IMG/VR virus record: IMGVR_UViG_3300032093_000021
Coordinates: 32,001-96,000 of that record
Length of the DNA: 64,000 nt
Source of the DNA: a virus
Reading direction: 5' to 3' (one strand)
The notes under the pieces are model-generated. The model searched no databases. It saw only the letters and a program-made list of their open reading frames with translations, and was not told the origin of the DNA. The position numbers were made by a program, and so were the translations under genes. This document shows, piece by piece, positions 46,201 to 55,644 of the stretch. Position 1 is the stretch's first letter. Each line of letters begins with the position of its first letter.

Positions 46201-48785
46201 CCGTAAGTAAATCTTGGATTCACCGCAAGTCCATCTTCATAGATATAAAGTTTACCATTGAAAATTTCAGCTAATGAACCAGCTCTTGCCTCAGGTTTTG
46301 ATAAGTTAATAAATTGTGATATTGTCATAGATGTTAGAACTTGATAATATTCCACATCCGATGGTAAACCATATAAACGAATATCTCCTGCCCAATTTAA
46401 TGAAATAGTTTGAGTAATGTTATTGATTCTATTAGCGGGATCGGCATGTTTTATTGTTATTGAAGGTGAAAAGGTTGTTACCCCTGTTGTCCCATTTGTT
46501 CCCCAAAGATTTGGTAATGTATGACCACTGATGTTAGGGTCAGCACTTGTTGTTGGGTCAACGAATGTCATAAGACTGGCTCCGGATGTACTACCTGTAA
46601 AAGCAGAACCAAATGACGATATAAAAACAATAATGTTATCATATATTTCCGGATTATTCCCATATTTTAACTTGATTTGATTATTTCCACCCTGATCATC
46701 ATAAAAATTTGATTTAACATTGAACGCGTTTATTCTTGCGGCAAAACTCAAATCTTTGGTAGACAATAATCCGGATTTAAATTCATTTCCATATAGTATC
46801 GGAATTATGTTATCAACATCGTTACTTGTTAAATTAGGAAAATAATCTTTTACGTTATTTGAATTTATATCTACAAATGGATTTTCATCTGTTGGACTAT
46901 TTGAATTGAATCCAGTCATCCCCGGATCATATGTTTCAACATTAAATGGTGGTAATTTAGCCTGTGGTGTTGTTCCTGAACCATCCTCATTACCTGGGTC
47001 TTTACAATCACAAATGTCACAATCAGGATAACTTAACATGGGTAATGATAACGGCCCCATAGGGGGATCTTGGTCACAGTTAATTTTTGCCAACATTCTC
47101 CTAAATGGGTACCCCCCCAATATTTTCCAATTTTTCAACGCACACAAAAAACCTAAAATAATTCTAAAAATTAAATTAACAATAAAGGCTAAATAACTAT
47201 ATACAATAACAAAAGGAATTATAATGGTTGTAAGGATTACCAATAAAATATTGAATATTCTCCATATCAAGCTCGTATAAAAAAACGCATCATTGACGGG
47301 GTATTTATTTGTGGTATCTTCGCAAGTATCTTCATCTATTCTTTTTATACCAATAAATCTTTGTTTATTCCTTCTCCTTTTTTCTTGGTCCATAAACTGT
47401 GCAACCGAATAAACTTTATTATATTCAAATTCATAAAAATAATCGTCACAATTTATTATACTCAAAATATCAGGATTTGTTACTGAGACATTTCCGGTAG
47501 TATACGCACTCCAATCTAATCCAAAGGCATAAGATGATTGAGCTTCTTGAAATGCGCTTTGACCCAAATTACCAGTCAACGGATCAACGTTTTGTTGATT
47601 TATATCCCAACCCCTTTCTTTTACATTCGGAACTAAAAAGTATCCCCTTTTGAAATCCTCATTTATATTTTTTGATTGTTGCCACTTAATTTTGAACCTA
47701 TATTTAGCCTTGGTAGGGACCCCAATTTTCGGATTATCTGACAATATTTGTTCACCGAATTCATTAGTAGTAACATAGTCCGCATTCATTGGTAAATCAA
47801 ATAACCAAACTCCATCTTCATCAATTACTTTCCCCCCATTAGGAAGTTCCGCTTGTTCAAGAATTGGTAAACCATTTTCATCTTCAAAAATTGTTTGGGT
47901 GATGGCAATTATTTCTCCCGGACCCGCAATCATTGAACATAAATTTCCTGTTGTCTTTTTGGCGACACCATTAGCCTTTAACCCTGTTCTTTCTGTGGAA
48001 CTCATTAGGGAACCCATAAAAACCGCAGTTGGTTCCAATTTGATATTTGCTTCAGCGGTTAAATCAAAATCAGTCCTTGTAATTCCAATTTGGCAGGTAT
48101 CGGGTTCACCCCAAAAAGGTAATATATCAATATTTTTATTTATCACCACAATTTGTGGTAGTTCACTGAAATTTGTTGATGCTCTGAATCTTGGACCGTC
48201 AAACTGCTCCTCCGTTGCTAACCCAATTCTAATCAAATCTTGTGGTGAAAGAGAAAAAGATCCTATATCAGATAAATCAATATTTAATACAATTGTTTGA
48301 TTTCCCAATGGAACACCGAAAATCATGTAGTCACCGCTTTCATTTGTTGTGACAGTATACTTATAATACTTATTATAAATTTCAATAGCAGTTTCGTCAA
48401 TTACAGAATCTAATCTTGACGGAAAAGTTCCAGTTGGAACATGACCGGGATAAGATGGTAAATATGGTAAGAGATTATACTTGAATCCATCTTCGTTTTG
48501 TTGATCCAAATCTTTATATGGATAAATTGAAGATATGATTGGATTCAAACTATCTTCATCGGATACAGGAATGAAAACAGATACCTTTGCATTTGGTATA
48601 CCATACCCTTGATTGGCAAAAACTCTTCCCGCTAATACTCCATAATCCGAACACATTCTTTCATAAACGTCCTGTTGTCTAATCTTTAATGAAAGTATTT
48701 CTAATTGTTCAAAATCCTGATCAACTTGTAAAACAATATTCTTATCATCACCCGGAGTGGTTCTTATTCTGTAGGACTTACCCAT
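43230..48785 (-). CDS. very large putative baseplate/tail protein with internal hydrophobic hairpin
   Basis: 1851 aa; N-terminal GRVFAN.GYGIPNAKVSVF...TNESGDY (carboxypeptidase-regulatory-like Ig fold); ~45-aa hydrophobic stretch; follows the gp6-like gene. Confidence 0.6.
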   Translation of the reverse strand: MGKSYRIRTTPGDDKNIVLQVDQDFEQLEILSLKIRQQDVYERMCSDYGVLAGRVFANQGYGIPNAKVSVFIPVSDEDSLNPIISSIYPYKDLDQQNEDGFKYNLLPYLPSYPGHVPTGTFPSRLDSVIDETAIEIYNKYYKYTVTTNESGDYMIFGVPLGNQTIVLNIDLSDIGSFSLSPQDLIRIGLATEEQFDGPRFRASTNFSELPQIVVINKNIDILPFWGEPDTCQIGITRTDFDLTAEANIKLEPTAVFMGSLMSSTERTGLKANGVAKKTTGNLCSMIAGPGEIIAITQTIFEDENGLPILEQAELPNGGKVIDEDGVWLFDLPMNADYVTTNEFGEQILSDNPKIGVPTKAKYRFKIKWQQSKNINEDFKRGYFLVPNVKERGWDINQQNVDPLTGNLGQSAFQEAQSSYAFGLDWSAYTTGNVSVTNPDILSIINCDDYFYEFEYNKVYSVAQFMDQEKRRRNKQRFIGIKRIDEDTCEDTTNKYPVNDAFFYTSLIWRIFNILLVILTTIIIPFVIVYSYLAFIVNLIFRIILGFLCALKNWKILGGYPFRRMLAKINCDQDPPMGPLSLPMLSYPDCDICDCKDPGNEDGSGTTPQAKLPPFNVETYDPGMTGFNSNSPTDENPFVDINSNNVKDYFPNLTSNDVDNIIPILYGNEFKSGLLSTKDLSFAARINAFNVKSNFYDDQGGNNQIKLKYGNNPEIYDNIIVFISSFGSAFTGSTSGASLMTFVDPTTSADPNISGHTLPNLWGTNGTTGVTTFSPSITIKHADPANRINNITQTISLNWAGDIRLYGLPSDVEYYQVLTSMTISQFINLSKPEARAGSLAEIFNGKLYIYEDGLAVNPRFTYGEFSKLLNLDSYVVIAQRGVDVYSEKIDTTIELGRLFGFDNHDQIKITNKLRLNIPIQNTTSSGNMVMANHNEITDNNTSSQGLKLFYPSYVFKPGNFIPYISNLTSQYSSLGPPPSGNVDGINLNINNNTQFGNFNGVSDLRANEGNPLFFDLADQIADGKVFFLNSLVNGTIPTYKETSTQRAIGNNVVTTNLPDTQSGGALTIGNIYRIRDNSGGANFTNVGAPNNNEGTTFIATGTNPSSWGTGDLVRFVNIMNFVTPVGVPNVNLIPQGWWNFYVRMSSVYLNGIYFILRVFKWDGVTETLISNNFDTLFLPPSSQRDRLPVYINNAVPMNPTDRIILKIYAGNRSNLTSVNMGLVLQTDQDSLGSTVVTNLERRDAKYDLNESIHGSTYEFRNGDGRNLIRPTYSTFQTSMNNSQNIVMRADRLPKLPDGGVLQHASWDDFYVIPGDDPTAANNQPSSPQYNNDFDPEFSSDNKGYESTILDSFSCTGMRDLSCYQSQGNSMTVQQNCKEDKVRNGCYWIVTKPLIGLFGKDGDINQILEWNYRFRFYYGLCQGVLANTFINNWVNGNLYAFPFKVNTFYNKFNQVSKRVFPRQLLVLQNESNNFYYRSSPAALDPITNEYKFIGSPPVSQKQTQFGANQRNLKYPTTIINLGPRDSFLKEVILNDRYYGYIMDQLQPSSYNDIEDVIILFSASRMTQPTTFQGLFGGANTLTTLFSRPGKKVDGDFAQAAAVNSQFGIVPFDSSFYRTDNPNPDAVIAGGAIGGGAVIGIYFDSTNEDIQLRDYVSPMRIIRFRPTPLPSGTFVYNDLPKKTQIVPHYRWNIDGGNLFGTQFNNWATTMLDIYQEGYQSLDRENSPYPRGNTFSDWDYRGYLFNYQQPPTTLTSGTLIVGQNYTMLDYKSPDDFTNVGGVNEDGVSFVASATTPNNWTNGSILIQDAIYSLNQNTPNPFIGGAPWYFYFGLNKNRTALNKFRQKYIEILLADE

Positions 48786-48873
48786 TAAAATCTTTTAATT
48801 TATAAATAGTTATAGCATCATTTTTTAATGATGTCACATTAAAACATAATTGATAATGAGAATAAATAAATTA

Positions 48874-50715
48874 TTAAGAAATGGATACCGATTGGAAATT
48901 TTTAACCCTAATTCTTATATCTTTATTAGGAAATCTAATCTGATAAATTTGATTTGGAAGTGCAAAAATTGTACCATCAACTGGTTTGATCTCTCTCGTT
49001 TCTTTATTCAAATATTCCATAGATGTTTCAGATGAAGAATATTGTCCCCCCACATTGTTGAAAACTTGAATTGATGTAATTGATATAACACCATTTTCAT
49101 CTTGTATCAATCTATTTACATCTGAAAGATTTATATTTTGTCCTAACTGACGATCTAATGGATTAAAATAAGTAGTGATCTTATTGATTATTGAAGTTAT
49201 AACCGACCCTTGATTTTGTGTTGAATCTAAAACAACAGATATATCAAATGAAAGATCTATAACTTCGGCAGTTTCTACAGATATATAATCATTTAACATT
49301 CTGTAATTAGAAAGGTATTCAGCAATATTTGATACCAATGTGTTAGATACAATTTGAGTCAATGCACCTGATGTGTCGTAACTCAATATTTTGACTCTGA
49401 CTTTATTTTCCTCTTCAACTATTGCAACTTTAGCCGGCGCTCCAAATTGAGAAGGCATTTTTCTGATTATTGCTTCATAATCATTAATAGTTACTGCCCT
49501 ATTCTGAGCTGAAAAATTAAAAGACACGAAGTTTCTTACTTCTTCTAAAGTTGGAAGTCCCGCACCACCAATTGCCGCGGTAACGTTGTTACAAGATAAT
49601 GAATTAATGACAGAGGTGTTAATCTGTTCTGAAGGTCCTGTAACTGCAAAGTTGATAGTTCCAATCTGATTTATAACATTCACACCTAAATTAGTTGCCA
49701 AACCTCCACCTACTCTATATTGAATAAATAAAGTTGTATTTGGTGTTAATGTACTTCCCAACGAAAAATTATTCAAATATGACTGAATTGGTTGAGTATT
49801 GATGCCGGTTCTAGCAAATTCTCTCAATTGATCCTCGGCTGATGTGTTACCACCTCCAAAAGTCATTTTAAGAAATCCTTCAGGTGTAAACTCCGTAATA
49901 AATCTATTACTTGTGGAAATATATTTACCTACCTTTATTCCCGCATCATCACTTGGTTTTGTATTATCAGCAATAAAAACTTTATCTTGAGCTAACGCAT
50001 CAACCTCATACCATTTTCCTTGATTTGATAAAAATTCAGAATCAGTCGGAACGTTGGCATAGTTAGTTCCATCTTTTTGTATTACTGCAGTTACACCTAA
50101 AACGTTTTTTTCAGGAAGAAATATTTCAAAAAACGGTCTAACTTCTGTTGGTGTTATTGATTGTCTAAAGACTTTTGTGATACCATTTACCACAACTTCC
50201 CTTTTAACAATAGTATAATTAACCAAAATATTGTTAGCATTAAAATTCGGGATTTTCAATCTATTGGGAAACCCTTGAGCGTTATATGGTGATGCGAAAT
50301 CAATATCATTTACCGTTTCAAATACTTGTCCCGCCCCTTGAACTTGACTACCTCTTCTTATTATTCCTTCATATCTTTCATCATCTTTGTCACCAAACAC
50401 AGGAACTGTTATTGAGAAATCAACTAAAGCAACTGATGGTCTTTGACCTGGAAGTTTTAACCCATATGTTCTTGCGATGTTGAAAATAGAAGATTTTTGT
50501 TGAGCGTATTGTAGAACTGTTTCCTGAATACTTCTATCAATATGGAAATGCAAATTATCTGTAATCGCAGCATTTAGGTCTAAAAAGACAGAAAAAACTC
50601 CAGCGTCATTGAAATTATCAATAAGATCCGGATAGTATGTTCTAGCGAAATTTATTAATTCAGTTCTTATCCCCTGAAAATCTCTTGTTGTATATGATAT
50701 CCTTTTTTCTGCCAT
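48874..50715 (-). CDS. baseplate wedge subunit, T4 gp6/baseplate J-like
   Basis: RISYTTRDFQGIRTEL, AQQKSSIFNIARTYG, YRVGGG..TN, SAQNRAVTINDY; start MAEKRIS at 50715. Confidence 0.85.
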   Translation of the reverse strand: MAEKRISYTTRDFQGIRTELINFARTYYPDLIDNFNDAGVFSVFLDLNAAITDNLHFHIDRSIQETVLQYAQQKSSIFNIARTYGLKLPGQRPSVALVDFSITVPVFGDKDDERYEGIIRRGSQVQGAGQVFETVNDIDFASPYNAQGFPNRLKIPNFNANNILVNYTIVKREVVVNGITKVFRQSITPTEVRPFFEIFLPEKNVLGVTAVIQKDGTNYANVPTDSEFLSNQGKWYEVDALAQDKVFIADNTKPSDDAGIKVGKYISTSNRFITEFTPEGFLKMTFGGGNTSAEDQLREFARTGINTQPIQSYLNNFSLGSTLTPNTTLFIQYRVGGGLATNLGVNVINQIGTINFAVTGPSEQINTSVINSLSCNNVTAAIGGAGLPTLEEVRNFVSFNFSAQNRAVTINDYEAIIRKMPSQFGAPAKVAIVEEENKVRVKILSYDTSGALTQIVSNTLVSNIAEYLSNYRMLNDYISVETAEVIDLSFDISVVLDSTQNQGSVITSIINKITTYFNPLDRQLGQNINLSDVNRLIQDENGVISITSIQVFNNVGGQYSSSETSMEYLNKETREIKPVDGTIFALPNQIYQIRFPNKDIRIRVKNFQSVSIS

Positions 50716-50719
50716 AATA

Positions 50720-51181
50720 TTAAATATTAAGAACAACGAAATCTTTACTGCCAAAAACACCGTCCGTTACAACATACTCTATTCTAACCTTAGCAGTATA
50801 TTCACTTTGATTCAAATTCGGCATTGAAAATTCCCTGTTTGTTGCATCTCCTTCAGTGGTAACAACAAATGTTTCTTCCTCACTTGAAGCCGCTGTTATT
50901 TTTACATCAGTTATTTTTAAGTTTGGAATAAATTTTTCACACGCATCCCTAATATCCGCCTCTATATTATTAAAAGTAGGATTATCTAAAGGATCAAATA
51001 TAAATTCATATAACTTTGTACCGAAGTCAGGTAAAAAATATCTTGAACCTTTCCTTGTTAATAACAAATGAATGAGATCAGATCTGATTTCATCATCACT
51101 TGTATCAGTTAGTTTTAGATATTTTCCTACCTGTGAATCATTGAAAGGAAATGCAACCCCAAATGTTTTACCATCCGCCAT
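50720..51181 (-). CDS. baseplate wedge subunit, T4 gp25/GPW-like
   Basis: IRSDLIHLLLTRKGSRYFLPDFGTKLYEFIFDP motif. Confidence 0.9.
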   Translation of the reverse strand: MADGKTFGVAFPFNDSQVGKYLKLTDTSDDEIRSDLIHLLLTRKGSRYFLPDFGTKLYEFIFDPLDNPTFNNIEADIRDACEKFIPNLKITDVKITAASSEEETFVVTTEGDATNREFSMPNLNQSEYTAKVRIEYVVTDGVFGSKDFVVLNI

Positions 51182-51199
51182 ACTGATAAATATTCACTT

Positions 51200-51601
51200 C
51201 TATTTTTTTGATGAAGTTTTCCTAAATTTTATTAACATAGACATTGCTTTAAATTCTCCGGCCGCTCTCTCAATAGATGGAATTGTATCCGGATCTCCTC
51301 TTAACGCAAATTGTTTTTCCACCATTGATGATTCCATAAGAGCATTATACAATATATCAATTTCTTCCTTCGGTAAATAACCCAGTAAATTTGTATGTAA
51401 ATCTTGAGATAACCTTTGCATTATAACACAATTATCGTGGGGGTATTCATCTCTTGATAGTTTCTCAGCTGTATCATTTAATACATTGGATATATCATTC
51501 AAAATGCTTGATATCTTTTCAATACTTTCTTTTTCTACTTCGTCCCTTTGTCTTACGAAGTCAATAACATTCTTACAAATATCAATTATTTCTGAGATCA
51601 T
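51200..51601 (-). CDS. hypothetical helical protein
   Basis: 133-aa ORF between DUF5522-like and gp25-like genes. Confidence 0.6.
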   Translation of the reverse strand: MISEIIDICKNVIDFVRQRDEVEKESIEKISSILNDISNVLNDTAEKLSRDEYPHDNCVIMQRLSQDLHTNLLGYLPKEEIDILYNALMESSMVEKQFALRGDPDTIPSIERAAGEFKAMSMLIKFRKTSSKK

Positions 51602-51779
51602 CTCTTACGTTTGTATTACCTTTTATTCCCACCGGTTCAAAAGGACAATGTAGACAAGTTTTTCCGCAACAATGTCCCCTCTGAAGATGGTATTCTTCAG
51701 TAAATACTAACAAACCTTTTTCATTTATGTAGTATAAAGATTGATCTAACTTAATCTTCTTTTTTAATTCTTCTTTCAT
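51582..51779 (-). CDS. DUF5522-like Cys-rich small protein
   Basis: YYINEKGLLVFTEEYHLQRGHCCGKTCLHCPF. Confidence 0.8.
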   Translation of the reverse strand: MKEELKKKIKLDQSLYYINEKGLLVFTEEYHLQRGHCCGKTCLHCPFEPVGIKGNTNVRDDLRNN

Positions 51780-52266
51780 TTTGAATTTTTTTTAAGATTG
51801 GTGATAATTGAATAAATTCTTCGTATGTAAACCTATCTGATTTTAATCTATTACATTCCCAACAACACGTTACTACATTATCTTTGGTGTAATTTAAGTT
51901 GTTATCTTTTCTATCTAATTGATGCGCTCTACTATTCGTTTTACCCCAAACTCTAGAATACTCTTCATAAATGAGCGGTTCACCACAATAATGACATTCT
52001 TTAATTTTAATTATTTCTAAAAACTCTTCAAAAGTTAACTCAACTAATTTATTTTCTTTTTTATGTAACTTTAGTTCATTATATATGTATTTGTATGGTT
52101 CTTTCAATTGAGTACATCTCATACATTTCCCCGAATGTCTTTTAAGTGAAGATGACTGTATAGTTAATTCTTTTTTACATCCCACACATTCAAAAATGTA
52201 ATTATAATATCTATTTTTTCCTTTTACAATTTTTTCTTTTCTTAACGCATTTTCTTTTAATAACAT
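51751..52266 (-). CDS. free-standing HNH endonuclease (putative homing endonuclease)
   Basis: N-terminal CVGC/CMRC, CHYCG, LDRKDNNLNYTKDNVVTCCWECNRLKS; likely start MLLKEN at 52266. Confidence 0.85.
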   Translation of the reverse strand: MLLKENALRKEKIVKGKNRYYNYIFECVGCKKELTIQSSSLKRHSGKCMRCTQLKEPYKYIYNELKLHKKENKLVELTFEEFLEIIKIKECHYCGEPLIYEEYSRVWGKTNSRAHQLDRKDNNLNYTKDNVVTCCWECNRLKSDRFTYEEFIQLSPILKKIQNERRIKKED

Positions 52267-52294
52267 TATAGGTGTTTTATTATAAATATCACCA

Positions 52295-52327
52295 ATAATA
52301 GAAAAGGTCGGAAACATCCGACCTTTT
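52295..52327 (-). terminator. Rho-independent terminator after RNR
   Basis: 11-bp stem aaaaggtcgga (52302-52312)/tccgacctttt (52317-52327) with A/T runs on both sides. Confidence 0.75.
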
Positions 52328-52346
52328 AATTTTATAGACCAAGCGT

Positions 52347-54206
52347 TTATTTTATTTCACAATTTCCCGCGAAACAAGCCAACTCACCACTTAAATCTGT
52401 TTCATCTGTAAGTTCAACAACTTTACTTAAATCCACATTTGATAGTGTTTTATACATTTTTTCAAATGTTTCTTTATCACAGTCTTCAAAAGGGGCTTGT
52501 TTATAAGTGTGATCGGAAAATGGTAATACTGATAAACCATTGTAATATTCCCGGTTCTCCCACATCCATTCACCAGCCAATTCCCAATCTTCAGGTTTGA
52601 GACTAATTGTTGCAGATACGTTGTGGGTATTCTCACCTTTTCTGTGTCCAGGTCTAACCCACTCTTGAGTAATTTTTTTAACTCTCTCAAGAAGTTGGAA
52701 TGGACTTTCGGTTCTTAGAATTGCCCCTTCCGGAGCTTTTTGAGGAACCGATATAACCGCAGTATCGTGAGGTCTAAAATATTCATCCTCAACAAGTTCA
52801 GGGTGATTTACATAAAGGTAAGTATAGATGGATTCGTTTTTACCAACACGAATTCTTCTGATATAATAATCATTATGCCAAGCGTGGATACCTGATGAAG
52901 TTCCAAGAACTAAAGATGAAGTTCCGGATGGTTTCACCGTAGTTGTTCTAGCCGCTTTATTTATACCAATTAATTCAGCAACTCTAGCATTTTCTTCTTT
53001 CACTATTTTTGATGCCGCTTTCATATCATAACCTAAAACAACACCAGAACCAATACCTGTCATTCCAACACCGATAAGAGCATCCTTTTCTGTTGTTCTT
53101 CTCCAAATATCTCTGAGATAATGGAAATCAGTATAGCCCGCTTGAAGCGTTCCAATAAATGTCGCCGCTTTAACTCTATTGTTGAAATCTTCTTGAGATT
53201 CAATATCGGACGCGTTAACTTCACAAAGGTTACAGAACTGATTTGGTCTTAGTGCGATTTCACAACAAGGGTTAGTCCCCCAATCTTTATCATTTGTGAA
53301 GTAAATGCCTGGTTCACCAGCCCCTGATGCTTCAACTCTTTTCCAAAGATCAATAAAGAAATCTTTTGTAATTTTATGTCTCAAAAGAACGGCCGAATTA
53401 TTTGCTCTTCCTCTTTGAGGATTTTGTTCCCACCAACTTCCTGATTTACAAGATATCATTTCATTGTCATCAGCACTGAATAAGGAGATAAGAGCCGCGC
53501 GTCGGATTCCTCCGCTAAGGACCGCATCTGCAATATGACATATCATATCGTGAACTTCAATCGTAGTCAGTTTTCCACCATCATTTTTGGAATCTAAAAT
53601 GCTTTGGAGTTTGTGAATACAATCTTTGAGGGGTTGGGGTCCGGGGGCTTTACCACCAGATGTGATTAACCTTGCACCTTTTGGTCTAATATCAGAATAA
53701 TCAAACTCAGGTGTTGATAATTGTTCTCCAAAATAAGATTTGAATAATACTTTAATAGCATCTGCCCAACCTTCAATTGAATCACCGATTAGGAATCTTC
53801 TTTTTCTATTAGCGTTTGGTTTTCTAATTTCAGGAAGTTGGTCAACGTGATGTTTTTGAACAGAATATCCAACTCCGGTTCCTCCAAGAAGTAAGAACAT
53901 TGTCTCTGAAAAACTATCTAATGAATCAATAGGAAGATATGCGCAGTTATATATCCTGTTTGGACTAATTTCAATTGGTTTACCACCAAACTGCATAGAC
54001 CTCATAGAAGGTAATACCTTTTTAGCATATACGTATTTGTATACCTCTCTGATTTCACTTTCAAGTTTTGGATATTTCTTGATGTGCATGTTCATATTTC
54101 TTGTTACGAGTTCTTCCCAAGTTTCTCTTCTTTTGAGTTCGGGAACGAACTTTGCGTATTTCATGTAGACAGTAATGTCAGACAAAATCTTTTGCGATTC
54201 ATCCAT
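52347..54206 (-). CDS. nrdJ: class II (adenosylcobalamin-dependent) ribonucleotide reductase, monomeric RTPR type
   Basis: NCAY, GTGVG, GGIRRAALI, TNPCCEIAL (thiyl-radical Cys), TTVKPSGT, C-terminal CFAGNCEIK redox pair; no NrdB gene nearby. Confidence 0.92.
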   Translation of the reverse strand: MDESQKILSDITVYMKYAKFVPELKRRETWEELVTRNMNMHIKKYPKLESEIREVYKYVYAKKVLPSMRSMQFGGKPIEISPNRIYNCAYLPIDSLDSFSETMFLLLGGTGVGYSVQKHHVDQLPEIRKPNANRKRRFLIGDSIEGWADAIKVLFKSYFGEQLSTPEFDYSDIRPKGARLITSGGKAPGPQPLKDCIHKLQSILDSKNDGGKLTTIEVHDMICHIADAVLSGGIRRAALISLFSADDNEMISCKSGSWWEQNPQRGRANNSAVLLRHKITKDFFIDLWKRVEASGAGEPGIYFTNDKDWGTNPCCEIALRPNQFCNLCEVNASDIESQEDFNNRVKAATFIGTLQAGYTDFHYLRDIWRRTTEKDALIGVGMTGIGSGVVLGYDMKAASKIVKEENARVAELIGINKAARTTTVKPSGTSSLVLGTSSGIHAWHNDYYIRRIRVGKNESIYTYLYVNHPELVEDEYFRPHDTAVISVPQKAPEGAILRTESPFQLLERVKKITQEWVRPGHRKGENTHNVSATISLKPEDWELAGEWMWENREYYNGLSVLPFSDHTYKQAPFEDCDKETFEKMYKTLSNVDLSKVVELTDETDLSGELACFAGNCEIK

Positions 54207-54226
54207 AGTTTTAATTTTTAATAAAT

Positions 54227-55615
54227 TTATTTATTTGTTTTTTGAGATTCTCTCTCTTTTCTTCTTTCCAAGAGTTCCTTTACTCTTTCTTTGTTTTTTT
54301 CTTCTTTTTGTTCTTCGAAACCAAGGAATGTTACGGAGCTTTCTGTATCAATTTCCAATAGTTCATTGTCAAACTTACAGTTCTCAAATACTATACCATC
54401 TGATCCAATTCTTGATTTGGTGATGGCAATTGTAGCCAATTTCATTTCTTTTTGTTGTAAAGTTTTTGCGACTGAAATGATAACGTGTCCTACTTGTGCT
54501 TTTTTAATAGATCCACCCATTTGGTCGGTGGTGACAACCTCAGAAGATATAGAGCTTCTGTTACCCTGTGTTGCAGTCCATCCAACAAGATTGAGTTCGT
54601 GACACATAGCTTCAAATCCTCTCATAACAGATCCTTCACTTTTCCACTCATCACCCAAGTTCTTGTCCGGGACAATACAATCTATATAATCCAATACAAC
54701 CATATCAACTTTTGTTCCTTCCGCCACCATCTTTCTTACCTGATTCTTAATCTGAGAAAGTGTCAAAGTGTCAGATGGTAATTTTTTTAATATGAGTTCA
54801 TTGGGCATTTTTTCTTTTATATCAATCACCTTTTTCAATACCTCTTCTTTCTTATTTGACAACTCATCAGGAGAAATTCCGGTCCAAAGGGTGAAATGTT
54901 TTCTTTGAATGATCTTTAAGTTGTCCTCAAAGAATATCTGTAAAACATTGTATCCCAAATTGTAAGCGTGGTTCGCCATTTTAGTGAGTAAGGTTGATTT
55001 ACCTACTCCGGTTGGAGCAAGTATTACACCTATTTCTCCTTTCGCCAGTCCTCCTTTTAATAACTTGTCAATAGAAGGTATACCCATAGGTATTGGGTGT
55101 CTAAAATCGTCGTTTAATACCTCGTCAAGGTTATTAAAAACACTCTCAGTTCCCTTCTCTATCTCACCCACCTGAAGAGCACCTCTAACCATCTCTTCAA
55201 GAGCGTCATAATTCTCAAATTCACCCCCATCAATGATCTTTTGGGCCTTGGTTATTGCCTTCTGCAGTTCTTGCTGCTTACAGAATTTCAACGCTTTTTC
55301 CTGAACAAATGAAACACCCTCGAAAGGTGCTTCATTTATTTTTTTAAGTGTGTCAAGTATAATTTTGACTGCCAGATCTTGTTTGATTTCCGATTTTGTT
55401 ATCTGTTCAATAGTGTCAAAAGAAGGACTTGATTCATACTTTTTGTGGTATTCTTTAATCATCTGAATGATGATTTTGAAATACTTGTTTTCAAAGTAAT
55501 TTGGTTCTATAACATCTATTATTGAACGGGAAAAATCTTTATCTAATATGATCTGGTTAAGTAGTTGTATTTGAAAAGTGTCGCCTAAATAGTTAAAATT
55601 TTTGTCAGAATTCAT
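54227..55615 (-). CDS. dnaB: replicative DNA helicase, DnaB/T4 gp41 family
   Basis: Walker A LAPTGVGKST, FFED, VVLDYID, TATQGNR, KSR. Confidence 0.92.
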   Translation of the reverse strand: MNSDKNFNYLGDTFQIQLLNQIILDKDFSRSIIDVIEPNYFENKYFKIIIQMIKEYHKKYESSPSFDTIEQITKSEIKQDLAVKIILDTLKKINEAPFEGVSFVQEKALKFCKQQELQKAITKAQKIIDGGEFENYDALEEMVRGALQVGEIEKGTESVFNNLDEVLNDDFRHPIPMGIPSIDKLLKGGLAKGEIGVILAPTGVGKSTLLTKMANHAYNLGYNVLQIFFEDNLKIIQRKHFTLWTGISPDELSNKKEEVLKKVIDIKEKMPNELILKKLPSDTLTLSQIKNQVRKMVAEGTKVDMVVLDYIDCIVPDKNLGDEWKSEGSVMRGFEAMCHELNLVGWTATQGNRSSISSEVVTTDQMGGSIKKAQVGHVIISVAKTLQQKEMKLATIAITKSRIGSDGIVFENCKFDNELLEIDTESSVTFLGFEEQKEEKNKERVKELLERRKERESQKTNK

Positions 55616-55644
55616 ATGTATAGTCCGTTATAATTTAATAAATA

